64,000 nt of DNA from Zygnema circumcarinatum SAG 698-1b (Eukaryota > Plantae > Zygnematophyceae). The stretch is taken from positions 3,534,001 to 3,598,000 of the forward strand of contig CM074806.1 in NCBI GenBank assembly GCA_037447605.1, written 5' to 3'. Made by a program: the position numbers and the translations under genes. This document shows, in pieces, positions 48,601 to 61,839 of the stretch. How positions within the stretch are numbered: position 1 is the stretch's first letter; each line of letters starts with the position of its first letter. The notes below the pieces were generated by a model. The model saw only the letters and a list, made by a program, of their open reading frames with translations, ran no database searches and was not told the origin of the DNA.

Positions 48601-51300
48601 ATCCTGGGAAATTCTCATGGATGACGATGGCGGTCTTTCCTCCCCATTTCCCGCTACAATGACGTCCATTCGGGGCCTCTCCTCCTTCAAGGCTACGCCA
48701 TGACCCGCCAAGACATTGCCCCCCCTTTTTCACTCTGACATCAGGCTCTGCTGCTCCGCCTTCCTCCTCGAATTTCTCTATTGACATAGCGACAGATTCT
48801 CTACCTCCCTCCGCCTTCCCCGCTCCCCAACCAACGCGCGGAAATCGGATCGCCGCCCATCATGCCCAGCCTCGGCGTTTCCACCTTGGCTGTAAAAGAA
48901 GAGCGAAAATTCCCCGTGAGCGCTGTCAGTTTCCGGTTTCCATGGCGCAAGTGGAGCCGCTACATCAAAACCTCGCACTCCGGCCGCTAACGCTGCAAGC
49001 GCTCGCCTCCCCCTAACGCCAACCCCCTCGAGACACGGGCAGGAGATCCCCATACGAGGCGCCAAGATCAGGGAACATCGGACCAAGCGTCCCCCGCACC
49101 GCACCCCCTCCGGGCTACATCTTGCCCTCCCTAGAAGGTGGGATGATACAACGCGGGTGGGAAGTTCATGCATGTGTAATCTAAGCATTCCATCCACTCT
49201 CGCCCCGACGGCCATCATATTCACCGCCACTCTCTCTCCCCTACCGGCCCACCTCCTCGGCCAATGGCACCTGGTCACAAGGGGGCGTTTGCCAAGCCTA
49301 CGCAGTATACCTGCAGATCACATCACACCTCTAGCCCCTACTCCCTCGGCGTAATGGGCTTTATGCGAACGCACTATACAGACAAAGACGCTGCAGGTTC
49401 AGCGGGCCGCCAGAAAGCCGAGGGCGCACCGGGCGCCAAGTCAATCCCCCTCGTCTCACGCAGACACAACACCTCTGCTTCACTCTCCACCGCTTCTCCC
49501 TTTACGAAGCCTATGGCCAGAAGCCCCGCATTCCTCACCTCCTCTTTGCCAGCCCCTCTCTTTCTACGCATGATGCTTCCCGATCGGGTCGCCTACCCCC
49601 GCCCGCCCCCGGGCGGCCCCAAAACTCCTAGATTCCATGTGGCCTCCCCACCACTTAACGCCGCCACGTGGCGAAGTAACTCACCGACTTTGGGAGGCGC
49701 CGACGCGCTGCTCTTCCGCCCAATCAGGTAGCGCCCCGTCAGCTCATTTGGCTCAGGAATCTCGCTAAACCGACTCAACGGGCCTTTCCGTGGTTGGGCC
49801 CCTTCATTTGTGTCGGTCCGTCGGAGATCCCAGGTTGGGCCATCATTTCGGAAGGCCCTGACTCTAGTGGCAACGCCCGGCGCTGGCGTTCACACTGGAT
49901 CGACATTCGGGCCGCCACGTCAGCGGTTCCTCCCCCCCGCGATGGCTGACCGTTTGCGACCGACAGCGCGGACTCCTCCGTACCCCCCTACCATGCCGAC
50001 TCCTCATTGGTCCACTTCTAATTCCCGCCACTTTTTGCCGCTTCGCCACCATTTCGCCAGTTTGCCGTATCTTTCGATTTTGGATTTGTCTTGCTCTCTC
50101 CTCCACCTCCGGTCCTGCCGATACTCCCCATTGCCGAATGTACGCGGAAGCTTCTCCACACAGCCACCGACTCGCCTCACGCGGCCCCCGTCCACGTCAT
50201 CATTGTCTCCTCCCCTGCACTTTGTCTCTTCTTCATTGCGCCCGCAGGGGCGTGCGCTTGTTTCCCCCCCCCGGCATGTGCTACAGATGTAGCACAACGG
50301 AGCTGCGTTCGACGGATCCGCGCCCGTTCAGTTGTACTTGACATATTCATGTTCAGGGTCACGGACCGGCATAATCCAGGAATTGCCGACGGAAAATGCG
50401 AGAAGGCGGCGCCATGTGTTGGCGGCCCACGGGACAAGACACCATCCAGCTAGGCGCACTCGAAGCGCCGCGAAATGCCGCCATTGTCGCTAGCGCATCC
50501 TGGTCGGCGTCTCTAATGAAGTTGGGGTCAGGCTTCAAGTAAGTTGGCCAATCGTGGGCCGGGTTGCCGCTAAGGCTCAAGATCTATTGTCAAGTGTTAA
50601 GTAGATGGGATGTCGTTGATGCTTGTTTGTCTTTTAGTGCTGGGCTTAGTATTTGTATTTGCCGCGGTGGTTTGTTGTCTTGTTCTTTTCTCTTTCTTCC
50701 TTCTTCGGCCCAAAGAATGTATGCTAAGTGGGAGAGAGAGAGAGAGTTCAATGCAAAAAAAAAGAAAGAGAGAGAGAGAGAGAAGGAGTCTTCTTGCTGA
50801 TAGCATTTAGACGTCCCATTCAGCCCAGCCAGACAAAGATTTCAGTGAGAAGATACTTTCATTGTAATGACAATCCTCGCCAAATCACCGGGTCAGTGAC
50901 TTTCCCAAAATACAACCTTTATCTAAGCTAGCCCGCTTTTCCTTTAGCCGCCACTATGCTGGGCATACTATCTTGTTCCATCCTGCCTTACATTCCTCCC
51001 AATGACCAATGATAATCTGAAGCTTCAGCTAAGAGACTAGCCGAGAGGACAGGAGGAGAGCCCTCTCAAGGAAGGGCTCTTGGCGCATCGAGTCCGTACC
51101 GCCGTGGGAACATCTTCGTGATCCCTACGCCGCGCTGCATCTCAATCTCCCGGATCCCCGCCTATGCCGCAGTGTATTTATGCCGAGGACGCAGGTAGCA
51201 CAAGATAAGTGTTGCGCGAGACCGCCGAGCTAGTTGTAAAGCCGTACGCTACCGCCGCTGGCCCCGGTGCCGGAACCGGACATGAAGGGTTGGGTTGGTT
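42620..51300 (+). mobile_element. Ty3/Gypsy LTR retrotransposon copy A, heavily frameshifted; LTRs about 42620-43599 and 50288-about 51170, plus an inverted LTR tail at 51193-51300
   Basis: LTRs start TGTAGCACAA. RT fragments [27 protein letters not shown] and FWQIPL..KTGLRT..WTVLPFGLKNS (47250-47520), RNase H remnants near 48000, and integrase remnants at 48850-49400 give the Gypsy order RT-RH-INT. Confidence 0.9.
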
Positions 51301-51304
51301 CTCA

Positions 51305-54300
51305 GGTCCGCCATGGCCGTGTTACGCGGACATCTTCCTTGTTGACCGATGTCACGCCACGCCCCCGCGCGCTCAAAGAGCCGTACGCCGCTCAACATCC
51401 GCCTTTGCGGTCTTTTCGCGAACCACGCCGCCGACCGCATCTAGTCGCCGCCCGCATGCGCCCGGCCAGCCCATCTCAACTTTACCGTCCGCTCGAGCGC
51501 TAACTTCCGCCGCCTCGCCCCAGACGCTGGCCCGCTACAAGATGTTCAAGCTACAAGACCGCATAATATCTCCGCTACTGGGCCCGCTGACGAATCTCAT
51601 TGCCGATGCCATTAAACATACCGGTTCCGCGCGGTCGCAGACTCGTCTCCTCCAGAAAGCTGACCCGCCTCACAGCCCCGCCGGACCGCATTCAGGTCCG
51701 GGACGCCGTTCCTCACGCATCACCGCATATCCTCCGGCCACTAAAAGCGTACGGCCACCTAATATCGTCCACCGTATTTCCTAGGAACACTACTAGCAGA
51801 TCTCATGTTTCCCAACTGAGGACCACAACGATGTTAGTGTGAACCCGTACAATGTCTAACTATAGCACACTAACACTAACAATCCCCCTCTTGGGCCTCA
51901 GTTCCTCATGGGCCTAGCCCAATGAGTCTGCTATTCACTAGTAGCGTCTCACCACTAACTCCTTTAGTCAACATATCCGCAGCCTGCTCCTTCGTTCCTA
52001 CAAATTTCACCACGATCATCCCCTCCGTAACTAACTCCCGCACATAGTGGTATTGTACTCTAATGTGCTTTGTCCTTTATGAACACGTGGTTTTCAACAA
52101 GAGCTATGGACTACCGATCCGCGGAACAAAGCCGTATGGGACGCGCAGGCCTCTTACACTCATCAAAGAAAATGTTGGAACCAAATTCTCCTTCGCCGCG
52201 ACATGCTCCCATGTACCGCCGCTACAGACAACGCAGTCCCAATCCTCGTGAGTTTCGAGCTCCATGAGATCGCCTCCACCGCTGCTCTGTAAACAACCGG
52301 AGGTCGCATCGCGATGTGTGTCCACGCCACTTCCCCGGGCCGAAGTCGGTGTATCCGGATATCACTCGCTTTGGCTCCCTTCTCGTAACGGTCTCGCATC
52401 TGTCCTCGTACGAATCAAAGATACCGCTTACGCCTCCCAATGCTCGGCCGGATTTCCTTCCAAAACCCACGGCGGGCGCCATGCCTCGCCAAGTCCGTCG
52501 GGTACCAATCATTAGGTACATTAAACTTCCGATAGCAGATCTGTACGGCACTCCGTACATGCGCTGTACCTCCGCGTCCGTCGCGGGCTCCATATCTTTC
52601 GACAATCTCGCGCCGATCTCCATCGGACTGGTGCACGGTCTGCACTCCTCCATATTGAATCTCGCTAGTACATCCGCGGCGTACTTCTTCTGACTTAGGA
52701 ACAGACTTCCGTCCTGCCCCCTCTTCAGCTGTATCCCCAGGAGATACTGCGCCTCCCCTAGATCCGACATTTGGAAGTTAGCTTGCAAAAGCTTCTTCAG
52801 ATCATTGATTCTCTCCAGTGAGAGACTCACCATAATGAGGTCATCCACGTAGATCCCAACGTATATGAGATCTCCCTCCTCTCCTTGTCGGTAGACGGAA
52901 TGATCCGCCTTCAAAAGCGCCGCCAAACTGGCGTTGCCCTCAAGATCGGGGCCAATCTTCTCGCGGTCAGATCCCCGGTGCCTCGCTTCGGCCCCAGCAT
53001 GCGACTCTTCACTAGGGCGCATGACGATGCTCCCCGCCCCGGGACAACTTTCCTTCGGCTGCTCCATGGTGATTCTCGCCAGATCTCCTCCGTATGTAAA
53101 CGCTGTCTGATATATCTAACTGATGGACATGCATCCCCTCAAAGTACCGCTGTATTCCAGACAGGGCACCTGAGGAGTTAAACCACCACCGCCAAAGTCT
53201 CCAGTTCTAGTTCCTACCTCGGCCGTAGCCCCTTCGCCACCAGCCAGCCTTGTAACGCTCCATTACTCCCCGTCCGCCCGGCTTCACCTTGAACACCCAC
53301 TTGCATCCAATGGCTCTCCCCTTTCCTTCCCGCTAGCCTCCGGGGCCGCCACGCCCTCTATCAGACTCACCCACTCGCTATCGATCGCCGCCGCCACTTT
53401 GCTCCATCGACTTCATCGCGGAGCCTCCTCAAAGGTTTGCGTTTCGGTAATCATGTAGCAAAGGAGAACTCCTCGCGGGTCGCTAGAAACCGCAGCACTC
53501 TCTCCCTCGCATCAGATTAGCCCCGGGCGCCTAATGCCTGTATCGTTTCAGCCTTCTCACCACACGTGCTCCTCCTACGTCCTTGCTTCCCCACTGAAGT
53601 TGACGAAAATTCCGGAACAAATCCCGGAGGCATCCTTGCCTCATCGCTGCCTCGCCATCTCCTGTCCTCGCACTCCCCGTCCGCAAAGGTACAGCTGACC
53701 GAAGTCTTCTCTCATCCCGACAGGTGAGTGTGCAGTGGAGCCGCCTCGGCCATTTCCTTCTCCCGGCTCCCCGCCGCGTACTTTGGCCTCCGACTCCCGC
53801 CTCCCTCGGCCGAATGCTGCCCCTGTGCTGCTCCAGCCACCTCCCCGCGCCTCCGGGCGCACATCTCCTCCAAAACTGGGACTTGAGGCGCCTAACGCCT
53901 TCTCCCGGCTGGCTTCCCCACGCCCCTCATACACACCCAATCCTGCCTTTTGGGCTAAGCCCCACCAGTCGTGCCACCCCCTCTCATCCATCAGATGTCC
54001 CCTGAGCTCTCGTGACTTCCTTCGCCGAGGGTTCCAAATCCCGTGAGGGTGCGACTGTCCATGTTAGAAGCGAACATATCCTTCAACGGCTCGCGGGTCG
54101 AACTTCCTCTTCTGTCTCGCCTTCGGCACTGTCGACCAGCAGCGCGCTCCGAAAGCCTTCAGGTGGGAAACCGTGGGCTTTCTCCCACTCCACACCTCCT
54201 CAGGAACCTGATCCTTGAGCACAGAAGATGGGCATCTATTCCTAAGGTAAGCCGCGGGTCATCACCGCCTCTCCCCAGAAAGAAGCCGGGAAGGGGGAAT

Positions 54301-57295
54301 CTATAAGCATGGTCCGCGCCATGTCCCCCAACGTCCTATTTACCCTTTCAGCAGCTCCATTACTTTGAGGGGAGTAGGGAGCAGAGAATTCATGCCCTAA
54401 TTCCACGAGTCTTGAGGTAATTTCCGCCAACTCCCCACTTCTGAACTCCTCCGCTGTCCGGAAGCGCAGCCTTCAGTTTCGGCCCCGCCTCGCCCATCTC
54501 GAAGCCTGCCAATCTCGCTGGGCCCAAAGCCTCGTGACTTGTTCTTGAGTAATTTTCACCCAAATTTCCTCGAAAATCACTTGTAAAAGTGATGAAGTAC
54601 CGAAGCCTTCCACTGCGTCGGTGTCAATGGGCCAAAGGTCGTGTGAACCAACTCCAGTTTCTCCTCGCCAAGCATGGTACGCCCTCTCTCCGCTTCCTCA
54701 ATGGTTTCCGGCGCGCTTTCCCCTACACACCTCCTGCAAAAGCCGAATCCTTCTCCACTCACATCTACGCCTCAACCCACGACTGCGCTCCTTAGCAGCA
54801 AGCTGTTGCAACCCCTCGGCGGTTAAGATGTCTTCCAAGTTCATTTATGCCGTAGATTTATGGCAGTTTCGCCTACAGCCATCACATCTTCATCCTCTCT
54901 GGCCCTTCTATAATGAAGTATGGCCATGCAGGCCTCCCCTTCTCATACCCCTCAAAACAGCCGTGCTTCCCCACAATGCTGCGGAGTAGCTACGCCAGCG
55001 ACTTCTCCTTGAACGATCTTGCATCTCTTTACACACCTGGCTACTGCATATTTAGTTTCCTTGCTTAGCCGGGGTGTGGGAGTACATCACCATACACAAA
55101 CGCTCCTCCCTCTCCTCTTCGTAGATGACAGAGCCGTCTCCGAGAATCATCTTGACTACTCCACCCTTCGTGACTGTCACTCCCTCTCCGGTTGCCGAGT
55201 GAACAGATCTGGTCCTCTCCAAGGTGTCCAGCGTAGAGAACATTCGCTTGTCGCCACACATGTGCGTGGAAGCGCCAGAGTCGATCAGCCATGGCCGCTT
55301 CAGATCCCCCAACCTAGATCTTCCCCAACAAAGTCGAACCTTCAAGCCTTTTCGGGCCCATCATCGATTGGTCTCTATTCGACCTTTCTCGCATTCGGTG
55401 CTTCTGCACTGCCGTACTCTGGGGCGTAGATCCCCTTTGAAGCCTTTTCTTTCTCCTTCTGCCGTAATGCCGGCGCCTCCTCCCTCGGACCTTGGGGACT
55501 TGTTCTTGTAGCAGTCTCACGAGTGTAGGCCGGGCCTTGCCACACACGTGTAGCACGCCCCAAGCAGGCGTTCCTCGTCCTACCTCCCCTGGCGCACCTC
55601 CTTCTTCGTCTTGTCGTGAGTGTAGCCAGCTAGCACCTCTCCTCGTGCCTTTTTCCCGGTGTCTTGACGGTGTCCCCTCCTCCTTGATCCCTCCGCCTTC
55701 ACTTTGCTCAAGGGTCATCTTCGAGTTTGTTAGGACAGTCCTAAGCGCTGCAACTGCAACATCAAATCTGGAGGTCAACCCCCCTAAGAACTGGCTGATC
55801 TTATGGTCACTCTCTAACGGTTTCTGTAGAGCTATGAACCTCTCCATCAAGGTATCAAACCTGACCATATATTCACACAGTTTCTCATCCGAAGTCATCT
55901 TCATCTTCCCAAGCTGCGTGTAAAGATTCACTATCGTGACGTTATCCTTTACATCATACATCTCTTCTAAGCACCTCCACATAGCATGTGAGGTCTTGAG
56001 ATCGTATACAAAGATGGATCTAAGGACTTCCCTCACACTCGCGACGACCGGGTGAGCGCTGAGCTGTCCTGGCACTCCATCCGGGCAGCCACTGCATCGC
56101 CGCTCACTGCGGGTTCCCTCCCGTAGCAATCGTACCTTGATGGTGCCGCTGATCTACCCCAACAGTCCCTTGCCCACGCAGCAAAGGAACCAGCCACCAT
56201 CTCCACCCCTTGTAGTCTTGACCGCCGAATGCGGGAATGTTGAACTTCACGCGGGTCCTCGCCGCCACCATATTGGCTCATACCACTCTTGTTGAGCCTC
56301 GACTGCCAGCCGCCTCGCGCTACCTCGCTGTCGCCCATTGGAACTCCTCGTTCCCACCGGCGTAGCATAATCTTCTACTCTCACTCTATCTCACTTCACT
56401 CATAGCCCATATAACTCATTAATGAACGCCAGAGACGAAAGCACGCTGAAATCACACACCTAGAGAGTATGTGAGAAAAGCTCACTACCAAAACTCCTTT
56501 ATAATAAGAATGTCACCCACATGAAGTTTCCTCCCCTCTCACTAGCTACTTCTCCCCTGTTACTCACTACCTGCGCATTAATAAAGGTGGCAGCCCAAAT
56601 AGAACACGCAGCGTGCAATGTATCAGTGCTCACTTTTATCTCATGCGAGTCTGCTAATGTGGCTGAGTCCTTCATAACAAAAGCTAACCCCTATATACCG
56701 CCATGGCCGCAGCTACGTGACATCTTCCTTGTTGACCGATGTCACGTCACGGCCGCCCTCATGCGCTCTCGGGAAGCAGCCGGTACGCTGCTTCAACATC
56801 CAGCTTTTGCGTTCAGAAACCTACGCCAAAGACTCTACCTAGTCGCCGTGCCCGCATAGCTTCCGCCGCCATCCGGAATCTCTTGCCGCCCGCTCGAGCG
56901 CAGGAACTTCCGCCCGCTCAGACGCTGCCCGCCGCCTCGCTGCTACAAGACATGTTCGGCTAAGGCTGGGCATCGGGTATTGGCTATTCAAGGCCAGTTC
57001 ACTTTTAAATCTCCGCCGCCGCCAAGCCACACTCCTGTCCGTACGCACTCGTCTCCTCCGTGAAGTTGACCTCGGCTATAGTCCGGGCGCGATCAAGTAT
57101 TCCCAAGGGTCTGGACGCAGTTCCGCCGACATCACCGACATCCTCCGCGCCCGAAAAACGTAGGGGCCACCGACATTTGGCCCGACCGTATTTCCTAGGA
57201 ACACTACTAGCAGATCTCATGTTTCCCAACTGAGGACCACAACAATGTTAGTGTGAACCCGTACAATGTCTAACTATAGCACACTAACACTAACA
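51305..57295 (-). mobile_element. Ty1/Copia LTR retrotransposon; 5' LTR 56290-57295 (TG..CA), 3' LTR 51305-51881 truncated
   Basis: PBS-like TGGTATGAGC at 56276-56285 follows the 5' LTR. Polypurine tract AAGAGGGGGAT (51882-51892) directly precedes the 3' LTR. Terminal 110 bp of the two LTRs are nearly identical. Confidence 0.93.
51900..56271 (-). pseudogene. Copia gag-pol, frameshifted (gag, protease, integrase, RT/RNase H)
   Basis: Gag MWRCLEEMYDVKD..YMVRFDTL, protease WLIDSGASTHMC, integrase SAPYSPQSNGAAERVNRTL and RT GIYVDDLIM..MSDLGEAQYLLGIQ..YRSAIGSLMY, in Copia order PR-INT-RT. Confidence 0.9.
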
Positions 57296-57387
57296 AACAG
57301 TACGGGTAGTACGGACAGTACGGCTAACACAAGTTACTGTACAAAAAAGTGGTTTCGGCAAAATTGGGGCGAAAATATTGAGGACGC

Positions 57388-60300
57388 TATAGCACAAGAT
57401 AAGTGGGGTTGCGAGACGCTGAAGCTAGTTGTAGGTGCTGTACGCTACTCGCTAGCTGGGCCCTGCCAAACTGATGAAGGGCTGCTGGCTCTGCGGGTCC
57501 GCCTCGCAAAGCATGGCTGTGATCCGGAGATTCGAGGTACGCCGCTAGCCGAAGACGGGGATCCCGGGCGATGTGCTCCCACCGCGGCCGGATCTCCGGA
57601 GCGCGCAAAGAGCCCCTTCCTCCTTGGGGTTTCCTCCCCTGTCCTCTCCTGGCCTAGTCTCTTAGCTAGGCTTCTAGTTATCATTGGTCATCGGGAGGAA
57701 TGTAGAAGGCAGATAAAACAAGATGGTAGCTTGGCATAGTGACAAGAAAGGGAAAACAACAGACTCAACTTAGATAGCAGCTGTATTTGAAAGTCACCCC
57801 ACAAAGTTGGTCGGGATACTATTACAATGAAAGGATCTTCTCATCGAATCTTTGTCTAGTTGGGCCGAATGGGACGATAAATGTCGCTATCGGGTAAGAA
57901 GACTCTTCTTTCTCTCTCTATCTATGGTACTGAACTCTCTCTCCTCTCACACTTAAGACTGCTGGCTCGAATCAAGAGGAAGAAGAGAAGAACAAGACAA
58001 CAAACCACACAAAGAAATACAAATACTAAGCCCAAAGACTAAAAGACAAACAAGCATCACTGACATCCCATCTACTTAGCATCGGCTAATGATTTGAGCG
58101 CAGCGGATACCCCCGATACAATCAGCCCACCAGTGGCCTCGACCGACCGCGGAGCCTTCGGTCAGTCAACCGGACGGCGTATTTTGGCGGCGCTCCGGTG
58201 CGCGCTTGGGGCCGATGGTGTGTTGCCTGGCAGGCCGCCAACATTGATGGCCGCTTTCGCATTTTCCACAAGGCTCTAACTCCTCGTGATTATGCCGCAC
58301 CGTTAATCAATATGAATACGTTAAGTACAACTGAACGGACGCTGATCCGCTTAGCGCAGTTCGCTACGCTACACTGGGTAAAGACATGCCTGGGAAATGT
58401 TTATCAGCCAAGGCGCAATGAAGAAAAAGCATAAACAAAGGGGCGTGGAGTGAGACAATGAGGACGCGGACAAGGCCGAAGAAGCGAAGCCTGCGGGTCG
58501 TGGTGGAGAAGCCGCCCGCATTCGGCAATGGGAGTATCGCGTGACCGGAGGTGGAGGAGGGAGTAAGACAAATTCAAAATCGAAAGATACGACAGACTGG
58601 AAAATGGTGGTGAAGTGGGCAAAAAGTGGCGGGAATTAGAAATAGACCAATGAGGAGCCGTCATGGCCGGGGGGGGGGAACGAGGAGACCGTGATGTCGG
58701 TTGCGAACCTGCCATCGCGGGAGGAACCGCCGACGCGGGCGCACTTAATGTCGATCCAGCAGAACGCTATACCGCGTTTCCACTAGAGTCGTGGCCTTCC
58801 TCAAATGATGGCCCATCCCGATCTCCGACGACCGCATTACGTATGAAGGGGCCAACCACCCAGTGCCTCGCTGAGTCGGTTTTACAGATTCTGAGCCAAA
58901 CAGAGCCGGCGCTACCATCATGAGAGCACAAGGCCTACGCTTCCCAAAGTCGGTGAGTTGTCACTGCGGGCGCTGCTCGAGGTGGGCGGGAGGCCACGGA
59001 ATCTAGGGTTTGGAAGCGGAGGGCCAGGAGCCGAGCTGGGCGACCCGGGATCCGGGAGGCGCTGGCCATCAGAGAAGAGGGCTCAACAGAGGAGGTCAAG
59101 GAGAAGGCGGGCTTACCGCCATGTAGGAGCCTAGGAGAGTAGCTGAGGAGGAACGTAGAGGTGTCAGACGTGAAGACCGGGGAGGGGATGACTCGCTGGC
59201 CTCGGCCCAGCTCAAGGCACTAACGCACGCATCCTCACCGCCTCAGAGTGGTACGCTCGCAGCGCCATTCTCGGGCCAGGGGAGTAGTGGGCTAGAGGTG
59301 CGGAACGATGCTAAGTCCTTATGAGCTTTTGGGCAAACGCCCCTTGTATTCGGTGCTATCACGAGTGGGATGAGTAGGGGAGAGGACGGGTGAATGATGG
59401 CCGCCGAGGCGCGTAGTGGACCTAATGCTTAGATTCTCCGTCAGCGCGGAACTTCCACCCACTTGGTGTATCTGCCCACGCTAGAAGACCAATGTGTAGC
59501 CGGGAGGGGGTGCCGAGCCGGGATGTAAAAGGCGTCGCACCTTCTACTTACACCGCTAAAATGATCTCACCCATCTCGAGGGGTTGGCGGTCGGGGGGAG
59601 CAGAGCGCTTGCCGCGTTGGCAGCGGGTGCAGGTTTCGATGTAGCGGCTCACCGCGCCATGGAGGCCGGGCCAATAGTAGCGCTCCTGCAGCAGGGCGAC
59701 CATCTTCTTCTGGCCAAGGTGGAAGCCGCCGGGCTGGCAATCGTGTGCGACGTCCAGAATTTCCATGCGCTCGTTGGGGAAAGGAACAGGAAGGCCGGAG
59801 GGGAGGTAGAGAATCTGTCCTTCATCATCGACAGAGAAGTTCCGAGCGCGGCGGAGCAGCCGAGCCCTCTCGGTATCCGTGATAAAAGGGGGCAGCGTGC
59901 GAGTCATGACGTAGCGCAGAAGAGAGGAGTCAGAATGGACGTCATTGGCGCTGGGGAAATGGGGAGGAAGAAAGGGAGCTTCGCCATCGTCATCCATGAG
60001 GAGTTCCCACGGATCCGCATGGGGGTGGCCGTGGGTGAAGTCAGGGTCCTGCCAGCGATGGAGGGTGGTGGCCGTGGCCGGAATATCGATCAGCCCATCC
60101 GCGAATATGACATCATGTAGGTCTTGATCGGCAATAAAAATCTCAATGGGAAGATGCTCAGGGTTCAAGAGGGTGGGTGGAGGGATGGGTTCAGGAACGG
60201 CCGGATCGTGATAGAGGAGGNNNNNNNNNNAGTGGCCTGACTGACTGCGTGGAGCCTTCGAATAGGTCAACTGACGGCGGCATTTTGCGGCGCTTCCGAG

Positions 60301-61839
60301 TGCGCCTAGCTGGATGGTGTGCTGTTCCGTGGGCCGCCAACACATGGCGCCGCCTTCTCGCATTTTCCGTCGGCAACTCCTGGATTATGCCGGTCCGTGA
60401 CACTGAATATGAATATGTCAAGTACAACTGAACGGACGCGGATCCGTCGAGCGCAGCTCCGTTACGCTACACCTGCTAATATAGTAATATAGTACGGTCA
60501 ATACGGCTAGTACNNNNNNNNNNNNNNNNNNNNNNNNNNNNNNNNNNNNNNNNNNNNNNNNNNNNNNNNNNNNNNNNNNNNNNNNNNNNNNNNNNNNNNN
60601 NNNNNNNNNNNNNTCGGTGATGCCCATCTTCAGTCTCTCTCTGACTGCTTCTTCCTCTGAATCTGAATCCGTTCTTGGATTTCCGATCGCCGGTTCTTCT
60701 TGAGGTCCCAAGTCTTCATCTGAATACTCATGGAGATCTGCTTGTCCCTCTTGTCAGCTCTTCATCCATGGGCAGGCTGTGACAGCGGATCAGCAGGATC
60801 AGCACCTCAGTTGCGGTCGTCAAACTCAGGAACCTCAGCTGTGATCCAAATAAGTGGGGTAAAAGGATTGCACCAGGCTGACTGCAGGTGCCTGTGCGGC
60901 CACTCGCGCGTCCCGTAGCTGAAACTGATGAAGGGTTGGGTTGGTTCTGTGGGTCTGCCTGCAGCATAGAGCCAGGATCCGGGAGGTCAAAGGTGCGCAG
61001 CGAAGTAAGATCCTGAAGATGTTCCCACCGACGGACTGGATGCAAAGAGCCCTTCCTTGGGGGCTCTCCTCCCCTGTCCTCTCCTCGGCTAGTCTCTTAG
61101 CTAGGCTTCTAGTTATCATTGGTCAGTGGGAGGAATGTAAGGCAGGATGGAACAGAGTAGTAGCTTGGCATAGTGACGGCAAAGGAAAGCGGGACTCAAC
61201 TTCAGATAAAGGTTGTGTTTGGAAAGTCACCACAGCCAGCGGTGGCGGGATTGTCAATTTTACAATAAAAGTATCTTCTCACTGAAATCTTTGTCTAGAG
61301 ACATGACTGAATGGGGGGACGTCTCAACCCTATCAAGCAAGAAGACTCTTTCTCTCTCTCTCTCTCTCTCTATCTATGGCATGGAACTCTCTCTCTCTCT
61401 CACACTTAGCATCTGTTGCTGGAACTGAAGAGGAAGAAGAGAAGAACAAGACAACAAACCACACAGCAAATACAAATACTAAGCCCAGCACTAAAAGACA
61501 AACAAGCATCACTGACATCCCATCTACTTAACACTGACAATAGATCTTGAGCCTTAGCAGCGACAGCCCCTGATTGGCCAACTGCCCACTGAGAGGCCTG
61601 ACTAACTACGTGGGGCCTTCTGATAGGTTAACTGCTGACAATCGGCGGCATTTTGCGGCGCTTCCGAGTGCGCCTAGCTGGATGGTGTGCTGTCCCGTGG
61701 GCCGCCAACACATGGCGCCGCCTTCTCGCATTTTCCGTCGGCAATTCCTGGATTATGCCGTTCCGTGACCCTGAACATGAATATGTCAAGTACAACTGAA
61801 CGGGCGCGGATCCGTCGAACGCAGCTCCGTTGTGCTACA
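57388..61839 (-). mobile_element. Ty3/Gypsy copy B of the same family, gapped; 3' LTR 57388-58373, integrase 59100-60220, extra LTR start 60231-60471, 5' LTR about 60840-61839
   Basis: Integrase Zn finger HDCQPGGFHLGQKKMVALLQERYYWPGLHGAVSRYIETCTRCQ. LTRs are reverse complements of those in copy A. 60614-60840 is homologous to 43600-43820. Confidence 0.88.
60221..60613. other. Assembly gaps (10 N at 60221-60230; 100 N at 60514-60613)
   Basis: Runs of N in the sequence. Confidence 1.

Noticed and set aside
42620-61839. DIRS/Ngaro tyrosine-recombinase element, suggested by LTRs in both orientations
   Set aside because: An HHCC/DDE integrase and Gypsy-type RT are present and no tyrosine recombinase motif was seen; the opposite orientations come from separate copies.
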